Shown: one piece after another, positions 1 to 9,058 of the stretch
Layout of the letters: each line of letters starts with the position of its first letter
Position numbering within the stretch: the first letter of the stretch is position 1
Assembly: GCA_029856125.1 (NCBI GenBank)
Contig: JAHQWJ010000147.1
Location: 1 to 64,000 of the forward strand
DNA: 64,000 nt
Reading direction: 5' to 3'
DNA from: Promethearchaeia archaeon
Lineage (GTDB): Archaea > Asgardarchaeota > Lokiarchaeia > Sigyniarchaeales > SOKP01
Made by a program: the position numbers and the translations under genes
The notes under the pieces: generated by a model
Told to the model about the DNA's origin: nothing
Seen by the model: the letters and a program-made list of their open reading frames with translations, nothing else
The model's database searches: none

Positions 1-572
1 GTTATAAATCCCGGTGAGTCGTTGACAGTTACTACAGTTTTATTAAGACTAAGAGCAAATTTCTTAGATAATTCAAGGATTTCATCAGAGGTGTTTTTTC
101 CCTTTATTAATTCTATTAATTTCATTATTGGAGCAGGATTGAAGAAATGAATGCCAACGATTCTTTCTTGATTCGTCGCTTTTTTTGCCATTTCTGTAAT
201 ACTTAAAGAAGAAGTATTAGAAGCAAGAATGACATTTTTTTCACATTTTTTGTCTAAATCAGATAGTAAATCCTGTTTTAAAGCCATATCTTCAAATACT
301 GCCTCAATTATTATCTGTACATCCTTTATCGCTTCATCAATATTAGTGGTCAAAGTGATACTGTTAAGAATCTTTTCTGCTTCTTCTTTTGAGATTTTCC
401 CTTTTACTACAAAAAACCTATCTAGGTTTTTTTCTATTCTAATTTTTGCCTGTTTCAATATCTCTTCACTTATATCTACTAGATTTATGCTGTACCCATG
501 CGTAGCTACTAATTGTGCTATTCCAAAGCCCATTACTCCCGCACCTATCACACATACTTTATTTATTTCCAT
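1..572 (-). CDS. 3-hydroxyacyl-CoA (3-hydroxybutyryl-CoA) dehydrogenase, 3' end runs off the window
   Basis: Not in the ORF track. Read by hand from the ATG at 572: MEINKVCVIGAGVMGFGIAQL (GxGxxG), then IIEAVFEDMALK, ASNTSSLSI, GIHFFNPAP, NDSPGFI, all hallmark motifs. Confidence 0.93.
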   Translation of the reverse strand, partial: MEINKVCVIGAGVMGFGIAQLVATHGYSINLVDISEEILKQAKIRIEKNLDRFFVVKGKISKEEAEKILNSITLTTNIDEAIKDVQIIIEAVFEDMALKQDLLSDLDKKCEKNVILASNTSSLSITEMAKKATNQERIVGIHFFNPAPIMKLIELIKGKNTSDEILELSKKFALSLNKTVVTVNDSPGFI

Positions 573-579
573 TTTATTC

Positions 580-1371
580 TCACTTCTTCCTGAATTTCAT
601 AAAATCAGCTTTTCGCTTATCTACAAACGCATTCTTTCCTTCTAGTGCCTCTTCCGTCCCGTAATAAAGAGACAATCCTCCTACGCCTAACTGAGTAATA
701 CCATGGGTACCATCCGACTCTGCTAGAAAAGCAAACTTCAGCATCTTCAAAGCAGTTGGACTTTTTTCTAATATTTCTTGACACCATTTCTCTATTTCTT
801 CGTCTAGTTTTTCAAGGGGTACAACAGCATTTACCAAGCCCATATCCAACGCTTGTTGTGCGGTATATCTACGACAAAGAAACCATATTTCTTTCGCTCG
901 TTTTATTCCAACAGCACGCATTAAATCCCCCGTCCCATACCCAGGATCAAAGGATCCAACCCGTGGACCCGCTTGTCCAAGTTGAGCGTGTTCTGCTGCA
1001 ATACTGAGATCGCTTGCTACATGCCATACATGTCCACCCCCAATTGCATATCCATTTACTCGAGCGATAACGGGTTTGGGAAGTGTGCGAATCAAGCGAG
1101 TGACATGCTGCCAGCCAACCTCTAATGGCAACATATATCCTCCCTTGTAGCCTCCTTTCTCGCGAGTTGTTTGATCACCGCCAGTACAAAAAGCTTTTTC
1201 TCCAGCGCCAGTGAATACAACAACTCCGATATCATTATCCATACACCGATTAAATGCGTCGATCAGTTCATGGACTGTTTGTTGCGTACAAGCATTGTAG
1301 CGTTGAGGTCGATTGATGGTTATACGAGCAACGCCATCTTTCTTTTCAAATATTATATCTTTATAATCCAA
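580..1371 (-). CDS. Crotonase-family MenB/BadI enzyme, more likely BadI-like 2-ketocyclohexanecarboxyl-CoA hydrolase
   Basis: AFCTGGDQ, GYAIGGGH and GSFDPGYG motifs; ends 7 nt upstream of the hydroxyacyl-CoA dehydrogenase start; no men genes nearby. Confidence 0.75.
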   Translation of the reverse strand: MDYKDIIFEKKDGVARITINRPQRYNACTQQTVHELIDAFNRCMDNDIGVVVFTGAGEKAFCTGGDQTTREKGGYKGGYMLPLEVGWQHVTRLIRTLPKPVIARVNGYAIGGGHVWHVASDLSIAAEHAQLGQAGPRVGSFDPGYGTGDLMRAVGIKRAKEIWFLCRRYTAQQALDMGLVNAVVPLEKLDEEIEKWCQEILEKSPTALKMLKFAFLAESDGTHGITQLGVGGLSLYYGTEEALEGKNAFVDKRKADFMKFRKK

Positions 1372-1472
1372 AATCTCTCATCTCCACAATATTTTATTTT
1401 TAATATTATAATTAATCTATAAGAATGATCTTGAAATATTTATTTCGGTAAAAAAGAAATATTGAATTCACA

Positions 1473-1494
1473 TCGTGAAACTTCTGTTTCACGA
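1473..1494. promoter_or_regulatory. Perfect 9-bp inverted repeat TCGTGAAAC-ttct-GTTTCACGA in a divergent promoter region, candidate operator or hairpin
   Basis: Seen directly between the divergent crotonase and corrinoid operons. Confidence 0.4.
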
Positions 1495-1676
1495 AATTTT
1501 CAATTTATTATAGTCTATTTCTAATGTGAGTTCACGAATTCTTGATTGAGTTCTTCAATGAAATATTACACTTTCGACATTATTAAATAAGAGAAAGTCA
1601 AAATAAGATAGTTTTAAATAATTGTTGAGATCAATCTTAGAGTAGTACAATTAATTATAAATTTCTAAAAATAGGA

Positions 1677-2312
1677 ATGATTGTAATGGATTTTATAAAT
1701 GAAATAGTTGAATTAAATGAGAATAAAGTAAACGAAATGGTAAAAGAAAGACTCCAAAAAAATGAGAATCCCCTTAATATCATGAATGATGTTAGAGAAG
1801 CCATGAAAATTATAGGAGACAAGTTTAGCAGCAAGGAGTATTTTCTTCCCGAATTGATCATGTCGGGAGAAATTTTAACACAAATAGTCGAAACACTAGG
1901 TCCAAAACTGAAAGAAACACAGAAGGGTGGAGAAAAGAAAGGAAAAGTGTTGTTAGGAACAGTCTTTGGCGATATTCACGACATTGGTAAAGATGTCGTC
2001 AAATTTATGCTAGATGCGAATGGATTCGAGGTTATGGATTTAGGAGTAGATGTTCCTGCAGATAAATTCATTAGTAGCTTGAAGGAATTTAAACCTAAAG
2101 TATTAGCTCTGAGTGGTTTCCTAACCCTTGCATATGATTCAATGAAAGAGATTATTGAGAAATTAAAAGCCGCGGATTTAAGAGACGGAGTGAAAATCAT
2201 GATTGGAGGAGGTACTGTTGATGAGAGAATCGTTGATTTTGTTGGAGCTGATGCTTACGGAGAAAGTGCTGTCGATGCCGTAAATTTAGCAACTAAATGG
2301 ACGGAGGTTTAA
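1677..2312 (+). CDS. Corrinoid (cobalamin-binding) methyltransferase protein
   Basis: Cap domain (EYFLPELIMSGE) followed by GDIHDIGK (DxHxxG), LGVDVP and IMIGGG B12-binding motifs. Confidence 0.93.
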   Translation: MIVMDFINEIVELNENKVNEMVKERLQKNENPLNIMNDVREAMKIIGDKFSSKEYFLPELIMSGEILTQIVETLGPKLKETQKGGEKKGKVLLGTVFGDIHDIGKDVVKFMLDANGFEVMDLGVDVPADKFISSLKEFKPKVLALSGFLTLAYDSMKEIIEKLKAADLRDGVKIMIGGGTVDERIVDFVGADAYGESAVDAVNLATKWTEV

Positions 2313-2318
2313 CTAAAG

Positions 2319-3617
2319 ATGGATACAGAACAAATTCTAAAAGAAAAGGTTCAAAGAGTGAGAGATGCCGTAGCTTTAAAAGAACCTGATCGCGTCCCGA
2401 TTACGCCTTTTTCTGATATATTCTTTCCAGCTCTACAAGCAGGTATGACCCATAAAGAGGCGATGTACAAAGGTAGAAAATATGCTAAAGCTGCAATTAA
2501 AGTATATAGTCGATATGATTGGGACCTTTATCCAACCCTTCTTTTTCCAGGAATGGGAAAATTAAATGATGGGCTTGGAGTTCAGGCAATGAAATGGCCT
2601 GGAGCGGCAAATCCAGATTTTCGCATAGGGGATAATCAACCCTATCAATATATAGAAAAGCCGTGGATGGAAGCATCAGAATACGAGGAACTTTTAAAAG
2701 ATCCGACTGGTTATCTAATTAGAAATGTAATACCAGCCCAAAATGCATCGTTAAAGGTTCTTAAAAATTTCCCTCAATTATCTGATTTGGCCATGATGTT
2801 TAATGGAATAGGTTTTTTCTTCTTTTTTATAGATAAAGATGTGAAAAAACTAATAAAAGGATACAAGAAAACCTTGAGAAGTATGATTGGCGGATTATTG
2901 GGAATGCGGAACTACCCTAAAAAAATGAAAAAAATGGGAAATCCAGTAGCTGGGCAATTTGCTTTAGCACAAGCTCCATTTGATATGGTTTCAGATACAT
3001 TCAGAGGTATGAGGGGAACAATGTTAGATATGATCAGAAACCCTGAGGAATTAAAAACATTATGTGATAGATTGGTGCAGCCAACTTTGGATGCCATGGA
3101 TAATTCCCCTTTACAACTCGGAGATCCTGACGAAGATTCAATCACACTTTCTTTTATACCCTTACACAGAGGTGCGGATGGATTCATGTCAAATGACCAA
3201 TTCGAGGAGTTTTATTGGCCTTCTTTGACAAAAATTATGGATGGGATGATTAAGAAAGATATTATTCCAATGCCCTTTTTTGAAGGAAGATATTCAGACC
3301 GTCTTGAATTTTTAGGTGAATTCGCGAAAACGCATAAGGCAAAGGCAGTCTACTGGTTCCACGATACAGACATAATTAAGGTTAAGGAAATGATGGGTGA
3401 TGACGTATGTATAAGAGGGAATGTTCCCGCATCGCTTTTAGTAGGTGGTCCCCCCAGTGCTGTTGATGAATATGTCAAGAAATGTATAGAAGGATGCATG
3501 GAGGGCGGCGGGTATCTCGTAGATGGAGGGGTTTCGGGTATTCCAAACGAAGCACGCCACGAAAATGTGCAAGCTATGACTGACGCGGTCCATAAATATG
3601 GAATGTATCGAAAATAA
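2319..3617 (+). CDS. Uroporphyrinogen decarboxylase / MtaA-CmuA-like family protein (putative methyltransferase)
   Basis: EPDRVP N-terminus, APFD..SD.FRG, PLHRGADGFMS, EEFYWP, CIRGNVP, GGGY; 6 nt downstream of the corrinoid gene. Confidence 0.8.
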   Translation: MDTEQILKEKVQRVRDAVALKEPDRVPITPFSDIFFPALQAGMTHKEAMYKGRKYAKAAIKVYSRYDWDLYPTLLFPGMGKLNDGLGVQAMKWPGAANPDFRIGDNQPYQYIEKPWMEASEYEELLKDPTGYLIRNVIPAQNASLKVLKNFPQLSDLAMMFNGIGFFFFFIDKDVKKLIKGYKKTLRSMIGGLLGMRNYPKKMKKMGNPVAGQFALAQAPFDMVSDTFRGMRGTMLDMIRNPEELKTLCDRLVQPTLDAMDNSPLQLGDPDEDSITLSFIPLHRGADGFMSNDQFEEFYWPSLTKIMDGMIKKDIIPMPFFEGRYSDRLEFLGEFAKTHKAKAVYWFHDTDIIKVKEMMGDDVCIRGNVPASLLVGGPPSAVDEYVKKCIEGCMEGGGYLVDGGVSGIPNEARHENVQAMTDAVHKYGMYRK

Positions 3618-3632
3618 GAAATTAATCTCTCC

Positions 3633-3641
3633 TTTTTTTTT
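3633..3641 (+). terminator. Oligo-T tract, archaeal terminator candidate
   Basis: T9 located 16 nt after the stop at 3617, in a convergent gap. Confidence 0.5.
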
Positions 3642-3667
3642 AATTTAACACAAATATAAATGTGTGC

Positions 3668-4192
3668 TCATTTAATTAGCATGTTTTGCTTTACTTCATG
3701 TACCATGTTTTGCCCTTCCTTATTGATCTGAGAAATAATTTCTCTTAATATTTCGGTGATTTCTATACCCTTTAATTCGCTGGAAATATAGAGCATTGAA
3801 AGCACTTCTTTGGCTAAAGTTGTAAGATTCTTCATGTCATCAATAGGAATTCTGATACCTAGTGCTTTCAGATCCAAGTGTGTTTCATTTTCTTGTTGCC
3901 TAATGGCAATTAAGAAATCGTTCTTTCTGCCTTTCCACAATTCAGACACAGTTCTAATGGACATAATGTATCTTTTTGTAGGACTTCTTATGCCTTGAAT
4001 CTCTTTAGCGAAACTTAAAGGTTTAGAGTTTCTTATTGCCTCTAATCCGAAACTCCTATTAAATTTGTTAGTTTTATCTAATTTCTCTTTCATTTTTGAA
4101 ATTTCAGAACTTAATTGTTCGATTTTTAACGACATTTTTTCAAACTTATCGAGAAATAGTTCCTTATTCATTAAAATCTCATTATCGCTCAT
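3668..4192 (-). CDS. Hypothetical protein: N-terminal coiled coil plus possible PC4/PUR-like nucleic-acid-binding domain
   Basis: ORF 3668-4204; the ATG at 4192 follows a GGTG SD. KRYIMSIR...WKG...LIAIRQ...GIRIP resembles PC4 strands. Confidence 0.6.
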   Translation of the reverse strand: MSDNEILMNKELFLDKFEKMSLKIEQLSSEISKMKEKLDKTNKFNRSFGLEAIRNSKPLSFAKEIQGIRSPTKRYIMSIRTVSELWKGRKNDFLIAIRQQENETHLDLKALGIRIPIDDMKNLTTLAKEVLSMLYISSELKGIEITEILREIISQINKEGQNMVHEVKQNMLIK

Positions 4193-4347
4193 TTCAGAAA
4201 GCACCCAACATTTATGTATGATTCGTTTTAATTTAGTGGTTAATAAAATTAGTTATTAAAGGATTAATCTCTTTAGAATTAGTAATTTCTTATCGATTAA
4301 AACTTAAAAGAAAAAAAATGTGAGGAACAGAGTTATTTTCTATTTAT

Positions 4348-5616
4348 TTATTCAGTAGATTCAAAACCAGGTTTCTCTTCTTCGTAAGAATTTAAATTAT
4401 CACTATTTTGTTCGTCTAAGGACTCGGTTGTATGGAGAGGTTCTTTCATTTGTTCTACAAACTCTACTGGGCTTAATAAATCTTTAACTTCGTGATTGAC
4501 TTTATCTTTAAACTTTTTTTCGTTAAGATTATATTTCTTAATTTGATGAAAACCAAGAGCGACTAATATAATTAAGAAGAAAAGCAAAACTCCGATATTC
4601 TTTAAAAAATTAATAATTGCTTCATCCAAAAAATTTATGTAATCATTGTACACAAAGCCACTAAATAGGTTAAATGGATAATTACGAATAAATTCGTAAG
4701 CTACCTTTGAAAACACTAGCCAAATTAAAACGGAGTCAACCCCAATTCGCTTAATCCCGATGTTTTTACTTAAAAGTTCAGCTTGAGAACCCATTAGGGT
4801 GCTAATTGAATATAGCAATATCAATAAATCTACAACTAACATAATAATTTGGGTTGTAATTGAAGACTCCGCCCCCCCTATACTTCTTATAGCTAAAAAA
4901 ATCTTAATCAATAAATAAAAAGTATAAATTACCACTGAAAGCGAAAACATCCCTAACCAAGCGTTAAAGATTCTTTTAAACATGAACACGATTCCAACGA
5001 TAATAAAAATAATTACTATTATCCCAATAAAAATTACGACATAGTTTAATGTATCATATACAGCTTGTGTAAATGTTAAACCGATCAAGGCTCCTATAGA
5101 TTGCGATCCAAGTACGTAAGCAGTTAATAGAACGATTGAAAGGATAGAGCCACCGAAAAACTGAATCACCCTGTAAAATGAGCTGTGAACGCGTCGTTTA
5201 AGGCTATTGTCTAATCTCTTGCTTGAAAGATAAGCACCATATAATATAAACCACGAAGTAAAGAAAACATAAGAAAATAGCGAGAACAAAAAGATTCCTA
5301 CCATAATGGGAATAATTATTACTAAAATTGGTAAAGTCAAAAAGAATGTTAGTAAAACTTTCCATGAAGCAACTTCTTTCACGTCTTCCTTAGCAATTAG
5401 TGAATATAAAAATATAAAGGCTAAGAACGATAGAAAAGGGAGATACGTTACCACACCGATTAAATCTAATAAATCTATATTAATAGCAAAAATTTGGATT
5501 GTAAATTCAAAAGGAAGCTGTATAATTATGATATTTACAAGAAGCCAAATTACCAGAATTAAATATTTTCGATTTTCTTTGAGTCCTAATTTCTTTAAAT
5601 TATCGATAGTATCCAT
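4348..5616 (-). CDS. Polytopic membrane protein of unknown function
   Basis: 422 aa, about 10 hydrophobic segments, acidic C-terminal tail. Confidence 0.8.
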   Translation of the reverse strand: MDTIDNLKKLGLKENRKYLILVIWLLVNIIIIQLPFEFTIQIFAINIDLLDLIGVVTYLPFLSFLAFIFLYSLIAKEDVKEVASWKVLLTFFLTLPILVIIIPIMVGIFLFSLFSYVFFTSWFILYGAYLSSKRLDNSLKRRVHSSFYRVIQFFGGSILSIVLLTAYVLGSQSIGALIGLTFTQAVYDTLNYVVIFIGIIVIIFIIVGIVFMFKRIFNAWLGMFSLSVVIYTFYLLIKIFLAIRSIGGAESSITTQIIMLVVDLLILLYSISTLMGSQAELLSKNIGIKRIGVDSVLIWLVFSKVAYEFIRNYPFNLFSGFVYNDYINFLDEAIINFLKNIGVLLFFLIILVALGFHQIKKYNLNEKKFKDKVNHEVKDLLSPVEFVEQMKEPLHTTESLDEQNSDNLNSYEEEKPGFESTE

Positions 5617-5744
5617 AAAAAGAAGATAAAGTTCGAATATTTAAAATTTTATAATATGTAATAGAGGATGATTATAAAGTCGTAGCAATTCAATAAATAT
5701 TTAAAAGCATACTCGATCTAATAATTAAAATTTACCTTTTATAT

Positions 5745-6446
5745 GTGATTTATTTGATATTTCAAACAGAAATAATTTGGTCCTATGTATCAGCTTTCTT
5801 TGGTTGGGTTTCAGAATCAGCGGGAATATTTGTGCTCATTAGCGGAGTTATAGCCTTAACTTGGGTTGGATTTGAAAGTAAACGTAGAGGATCATTCTTC
5901 AAAAGAAAATCGGAATCGGAATCTACCATTTCCAAATTCTTAAGAATTATCTTAAGAATTATCTCTTACTCCGGTGTTGTTGTTGGAATCCTTTGTATCT
6001 GGGCAGGAGCTATGGGTTTAATCCTGGACATTCCACCAAGTTTTAAATACGGTGATATAACACCTCATGCTGATCATTTTACATGTATATTTTTGATTGT
6101 TATTGGAATCGCTATGTTTTTTAAACCGGTAAATGATCTACCACTCTCTAGCATCCTTGGCCTTATTGCAGCATCAGCTACAGTCTTTATTTTAGCACTC
6201 ATCGTTCCAGATTCAGCAGTGGAATGGATTGCCGGTTGGATTAACCCAAAATTGTTACTAATTATAATATTCATAATTGTAACAGCACTCGTTGCCTTTA
6301 TAGCTAAATTCTTCATTAAATTGCCTCAGGCAATTTCAAAATTCCTTTCATGGCCCCCTGTTGCCTTAATTATAATGGTCTTCGGATTTGTTCAGGGAAT
6401 TTTACTTTGGGGTTTCGGGATAAGCATATTCATGAATATACTTTAA
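5745..6446 (+). CDS. Membrane protein of unknown function
   Basis: 233 aa with about 6 TM segments; followed by a T9 tract at 6455-6463. Confidence 0.75.
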   Translation: MIYLIFQTEIIWSYVSAFFGWVSESAGIFVLISGVIALTWVGFESKRRGSFFKRKSESESTISKFLRIILRIISYSGVVVGILCIWAGAMGLILDIPPSFKYGDITPHADHFTCIFLIVIGIAMFFKPVNDLPLSSILGLIAASATVFILALIVPDSAVEWIAGWINPKLLLIIIFIIVTALVAFIAKFFIKLPQAISKFLSWPPVALIIMVFGFVQGILLWGFGISIFMNIL

Positions 6447-6482
6447 ATTACTCCTTTTTTTTTATTTCTGTAGATACATAAA

Positions 6483-7283
6483 TCAAAAGTAATCAGATAA
6501 TTTCTTCTGTTCGTTGAACTCTCTTAGTGGAATTTTAAGCCTCTTCTTTAACAAGTTTACAGATTCGGGAGCGTTACCTTGAAAGTGGTTATTCACAATT
6601 ATGAAAATTTCATAAATATTAGGCATTTTCTCAATCATTTGTAGGTTTCTAAGAAGATCGTTTATTCTTTCTTCTTGATCTCTTTGGACTCTATCAAAGA
6701 CTGTTAATTCGCGATCACCAATTAGGCGAATATAATATGTTTTTTGTCTTGGCAAATAGTAAGCTTTAATTCCCGGCATATACGTTGTCCCTAAGATAAT
6801 TTTCGAATTTTTTAATACTTCGTATAGCAGATCTTCCATAAACCAAGAATTATCACGTAACTCAATGAAGTACATATTCTCAGTAGGGAGTTCACTTATT
6901 AGATATTTTAGTTGGTGAAAATGGTTTTCAGTGTATTTAAACCATGGAGGGAATTGTAATAAATAACCGAAGATCTTTTCTTTTAAAGGAGATAGTCTAT
7001 AAAAAAATTGCAGGACTGAATCTTCTATGTTAGCGTTTTTGAAATTATGAGTAATCTCTTGCCAGACTTTAACTGCGAATTTAAAATCTGCTGGAGTTTG
7101 TTCTTTCCAATTTTGAACGACTGAAAATTTAGGAAGACTGTAGAATGTGTTATTGATTTCAATTATATTGAAATATTTTGCATAATAACCAAGTCTATTG
7201 TGTGATTCGAGCAGTTTAGGATAAAATGGACCTATCCAATCTTTATAATCCCATCCAGCGCACCCAATATTTATTCTAACCAT
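6483..7283 (-). CDS. DUF72 (YecE-like) protein
   Basis: IGCAGWDYKDW.GPFYP, EINNTFY, FAVK, LLQFPP, IELR, YIRL.G, NNHF.G.A. Confidence 0.92.
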   Translation of the reverse strand: MVRINIGCAGWDYKDWIGPFYPKLLESHNRLGYYAKYFNIIEINNTFYSLPKFSVVQNWKEQTPADFKFAVKVWQEITHNFKNANIEDSVLQFFYRLSPLKEKIFGYLLQFPPWFKYTENHFHQLKYLISELPTENMYFIELRDNSWFMEDLLYEVLKNSKIILGTTYMPGIKAYYLPRQKTYYIRLIGDRELTVFDRVQRDQEERINDLLRNLQMIEKMPNIYEIFIIVNNHFQGNAPESVNLLKKRLKIPLREFNEQKKLSDYF

Positions 7284-7532
7284 CCAGAATCACGATTATA
7301 ATTCCATTAAATAAACATATCTTACCTTTTCATATAAACCAAAGCGATTTTCAATAAAATAAATTAGCCTTATAAAAAATTAATGACTTCGCAAAGCTTA
7401 ATATAACAGAAGAAGAATTAATTTATATAGCTTAAAACAATGTACAGAAAATCTAAACAATATTTGAGAATATAATTAGATAATTTTAATATATTAATAA
7501 TTTTACAGATAAAGCAAAAAGGTGAGTAAAGT

Positions 7533-8195
7533 ATTACTATTAATTGGGAACGCGCAGAGCTGTCACCTGAAAAAGCATTAAAAGTAGAAGGAAGGGTTCT
7601 GTTAGATTTACGGGCTAAAATTAACGAATTGGAAAGAGAATTAGCTAAAAATCAAGAAGAACTTCAGAAAACTAAAGAAACTTTAAAGGAAACTCACAAT
7701 AAATTAGTCGGAAGAGAAAAAAGCCTAGTTAAAATAAGCGAGAAATTCTCATCGGCTAAGGAGAATTTAGACAGTGTTTCTGAAAATAAGTTACATTCCG
7801 ATATTGAGTTGACTCGACTGAAACCAAAGCTTGAAGAACTTGAAGCAAATCTCGCTAACGCAAATGATAATATTAGTAATTTGAAGAGTGAATTAAAATT
7901 TACGACTGAAAAAGCAAATGAAATGGAACAAAACCTTAAATTCAAGGAAAAGGCGATAGAAAACCACAAGGACGATTTAGAAAGAAGAAAAAAGGAGATA
8001 GACAATTTTAATGAAGTGGTTAAATTAAATCAAAAAGAAACTGATGAATTAATAAATAAAATCAAATCACTTGAAGCAAAACTTTCAGAAATAAGATCCA
8101 CACCAAAAGTTCTAGAACGAATTAAAGAAATGATGGCTCATAAAGGTTTTATTAGTGACCGTGAGCTCGATCGTATTTTTATAGAATTCGATTAG
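7533..8195 (+). CDS. Long coiled-coil protein, paralog A; predicted AUU start (220 aa)
   Basis: Track ORF starts at TTG 7629, but the frame is open from ATT 7533 (in-frame TAA at 7527) and encodes ITINWERAELSPEKALKVEGRVLLDLRAKINEL, conserved in paralog B. AAGGTGA SD at 7519-7525. Confidence 0.8.
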   Translation: MTINWERAELSPEKALKVEGRVLLDLRAKINELERELAKNQEELQKTKETLKETHNKLVGREKSLVKISEKFSSAKENLDSVSENKLHSDIELTRLKPKLEELEANLANANDNISNLKSELKFTTEKANEMEQNLKFKEKAIENHKDDLERRKKEIDNFNEVVKLNQKETDELINKIKSLEAKLSEIRSTPKVLERIKEMMAHKGFISDRELDRIFIEFD

Positions 8196-8359
8196 ATTAT
8201 AGGAGCTTCTCTTATACAGCAACTCTAAGTTTTAAAAAATCGTACATAAGCAAATATAATACGAGTTAATAAATAATTTGAAAAAATTATATATTGTAAT
8301 ATAAAAATAATAATTTAAAATAATGATATTAAAAGTAAATAAATGAAGGTGTAAGAAAT

Positions 8360-9058
8360 ATTACAATAGACTGGCAAAAAGCTAAAGAAAATCCAGAAAA
8401 GGCTCAAAAAGTAGAGGGACGATTTTTATTAGACCTTAGAGCAAAAATTGATGAGCTAGAGCAGCAATTTAAGCAAAAAAAACAGAAATTAGATTCCGTG
8501 TCAAAAGAACTGAGCGAAACTAAAGATAACTTAGCGGTAAATGAAAAGAAGCTCGACGAAACTACTCAAGATCTAAATTCAACTAAAGCAGAGTTAACAT
8601 CTGTGTCAGAAGAAAAAAACAAAATTAGTACAGAATTAGATTCATTAAAAAATGATAAATCTGACCTTGAGATGAAATACAATGAAGCAGAGGAGAAACT
8701 GAAGGAATTAGAACCAAAAGTAGGTTCTTTAAAAGAAGAATACGAGCAAAGAGAAAGGGAGCTAGAAAGTGTTAAGAAAGACCTTCAACAGACAATTTCT
8801 GATAAGTATGTTGAGATCGAAAGCTTAAAAGACGAGTTAACTGGACAATTGGAAACTAAAGAGAGCGAAATAACCACTGCTAAGGATGAAGTTGAAGCGA
8901 AGAACAAAGAAATTGACGCAATTAAACTTAAGCTAACTTCTTTAGAGGATTTCATTGAAGAATCAAAAGGAGCACCTCAAGTTATTGAAAAAATTAGAGA
9001 AACTATGGCACATAAAGGATTTTTGTCGGATCGGGAATTTGAAGATTTATTTCAGTGA
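8360..9058 (+). CDS. Long coiled-coil protein, paralog B; predicted AUU start (232 aa)
   Basis: Track ORF starts at GTG 8498, but the frame from ATT 8360 encodes ITIDWQKAKENPEKAQKVEGRFLLDLRAKIDEL. AAGGTG SD at 8346-8351. C-terminal P.V.E.I.E.MAHKGF.SDRE is shared with paralog A. Confidence 0.8.
   Translation: MTIDWQKAKENPEKAQKVEGRFLLDLRAKIDELEQQFKQKKQKLDSVSKELSETKDNLAVNEKKLDETTQDLNSTKAELTSVSEEKNKISTELDSLKNDKSDLEMKYNEAEEKLKELEPKVGSLKEEYEQRERELESVKKDLQQTISDKYVEIESLKDELTGQLETKESEITTAKDEVEAKNKEIDAIKLKLTSLEDFIEESKGAPQVIEKIRETMAHKGFLSDREFEDLFQ

Noticed and set aside
229-645. 138-aa + strand ORF and the many other short antisense or nested ORFs in the track (e.g. 1655-1861, 7694-8005, 30465-30932, 52131-52556, 63713-63955)
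   Set aside because: They are shadows of well-supported genes on the opposite strand or in another frame, with Ser/Phe/Ile-rich composition and no motifs.
7522-7581. Short out-of-frame GTG ORF that could feed paralog A by frameshifting
   Set aside because: No equivalent exists in paralog B (ATG AAG GTG TAA stops before the conserved block), and the GTG is part of the SD. AUU initiation explains both genes.
7533-9058. Coiled-coil pair as CdvA, ESCRT-III or SMC fragments
   Set aside because: No PRC barrel, Snf7 pattern or Walker motifs.
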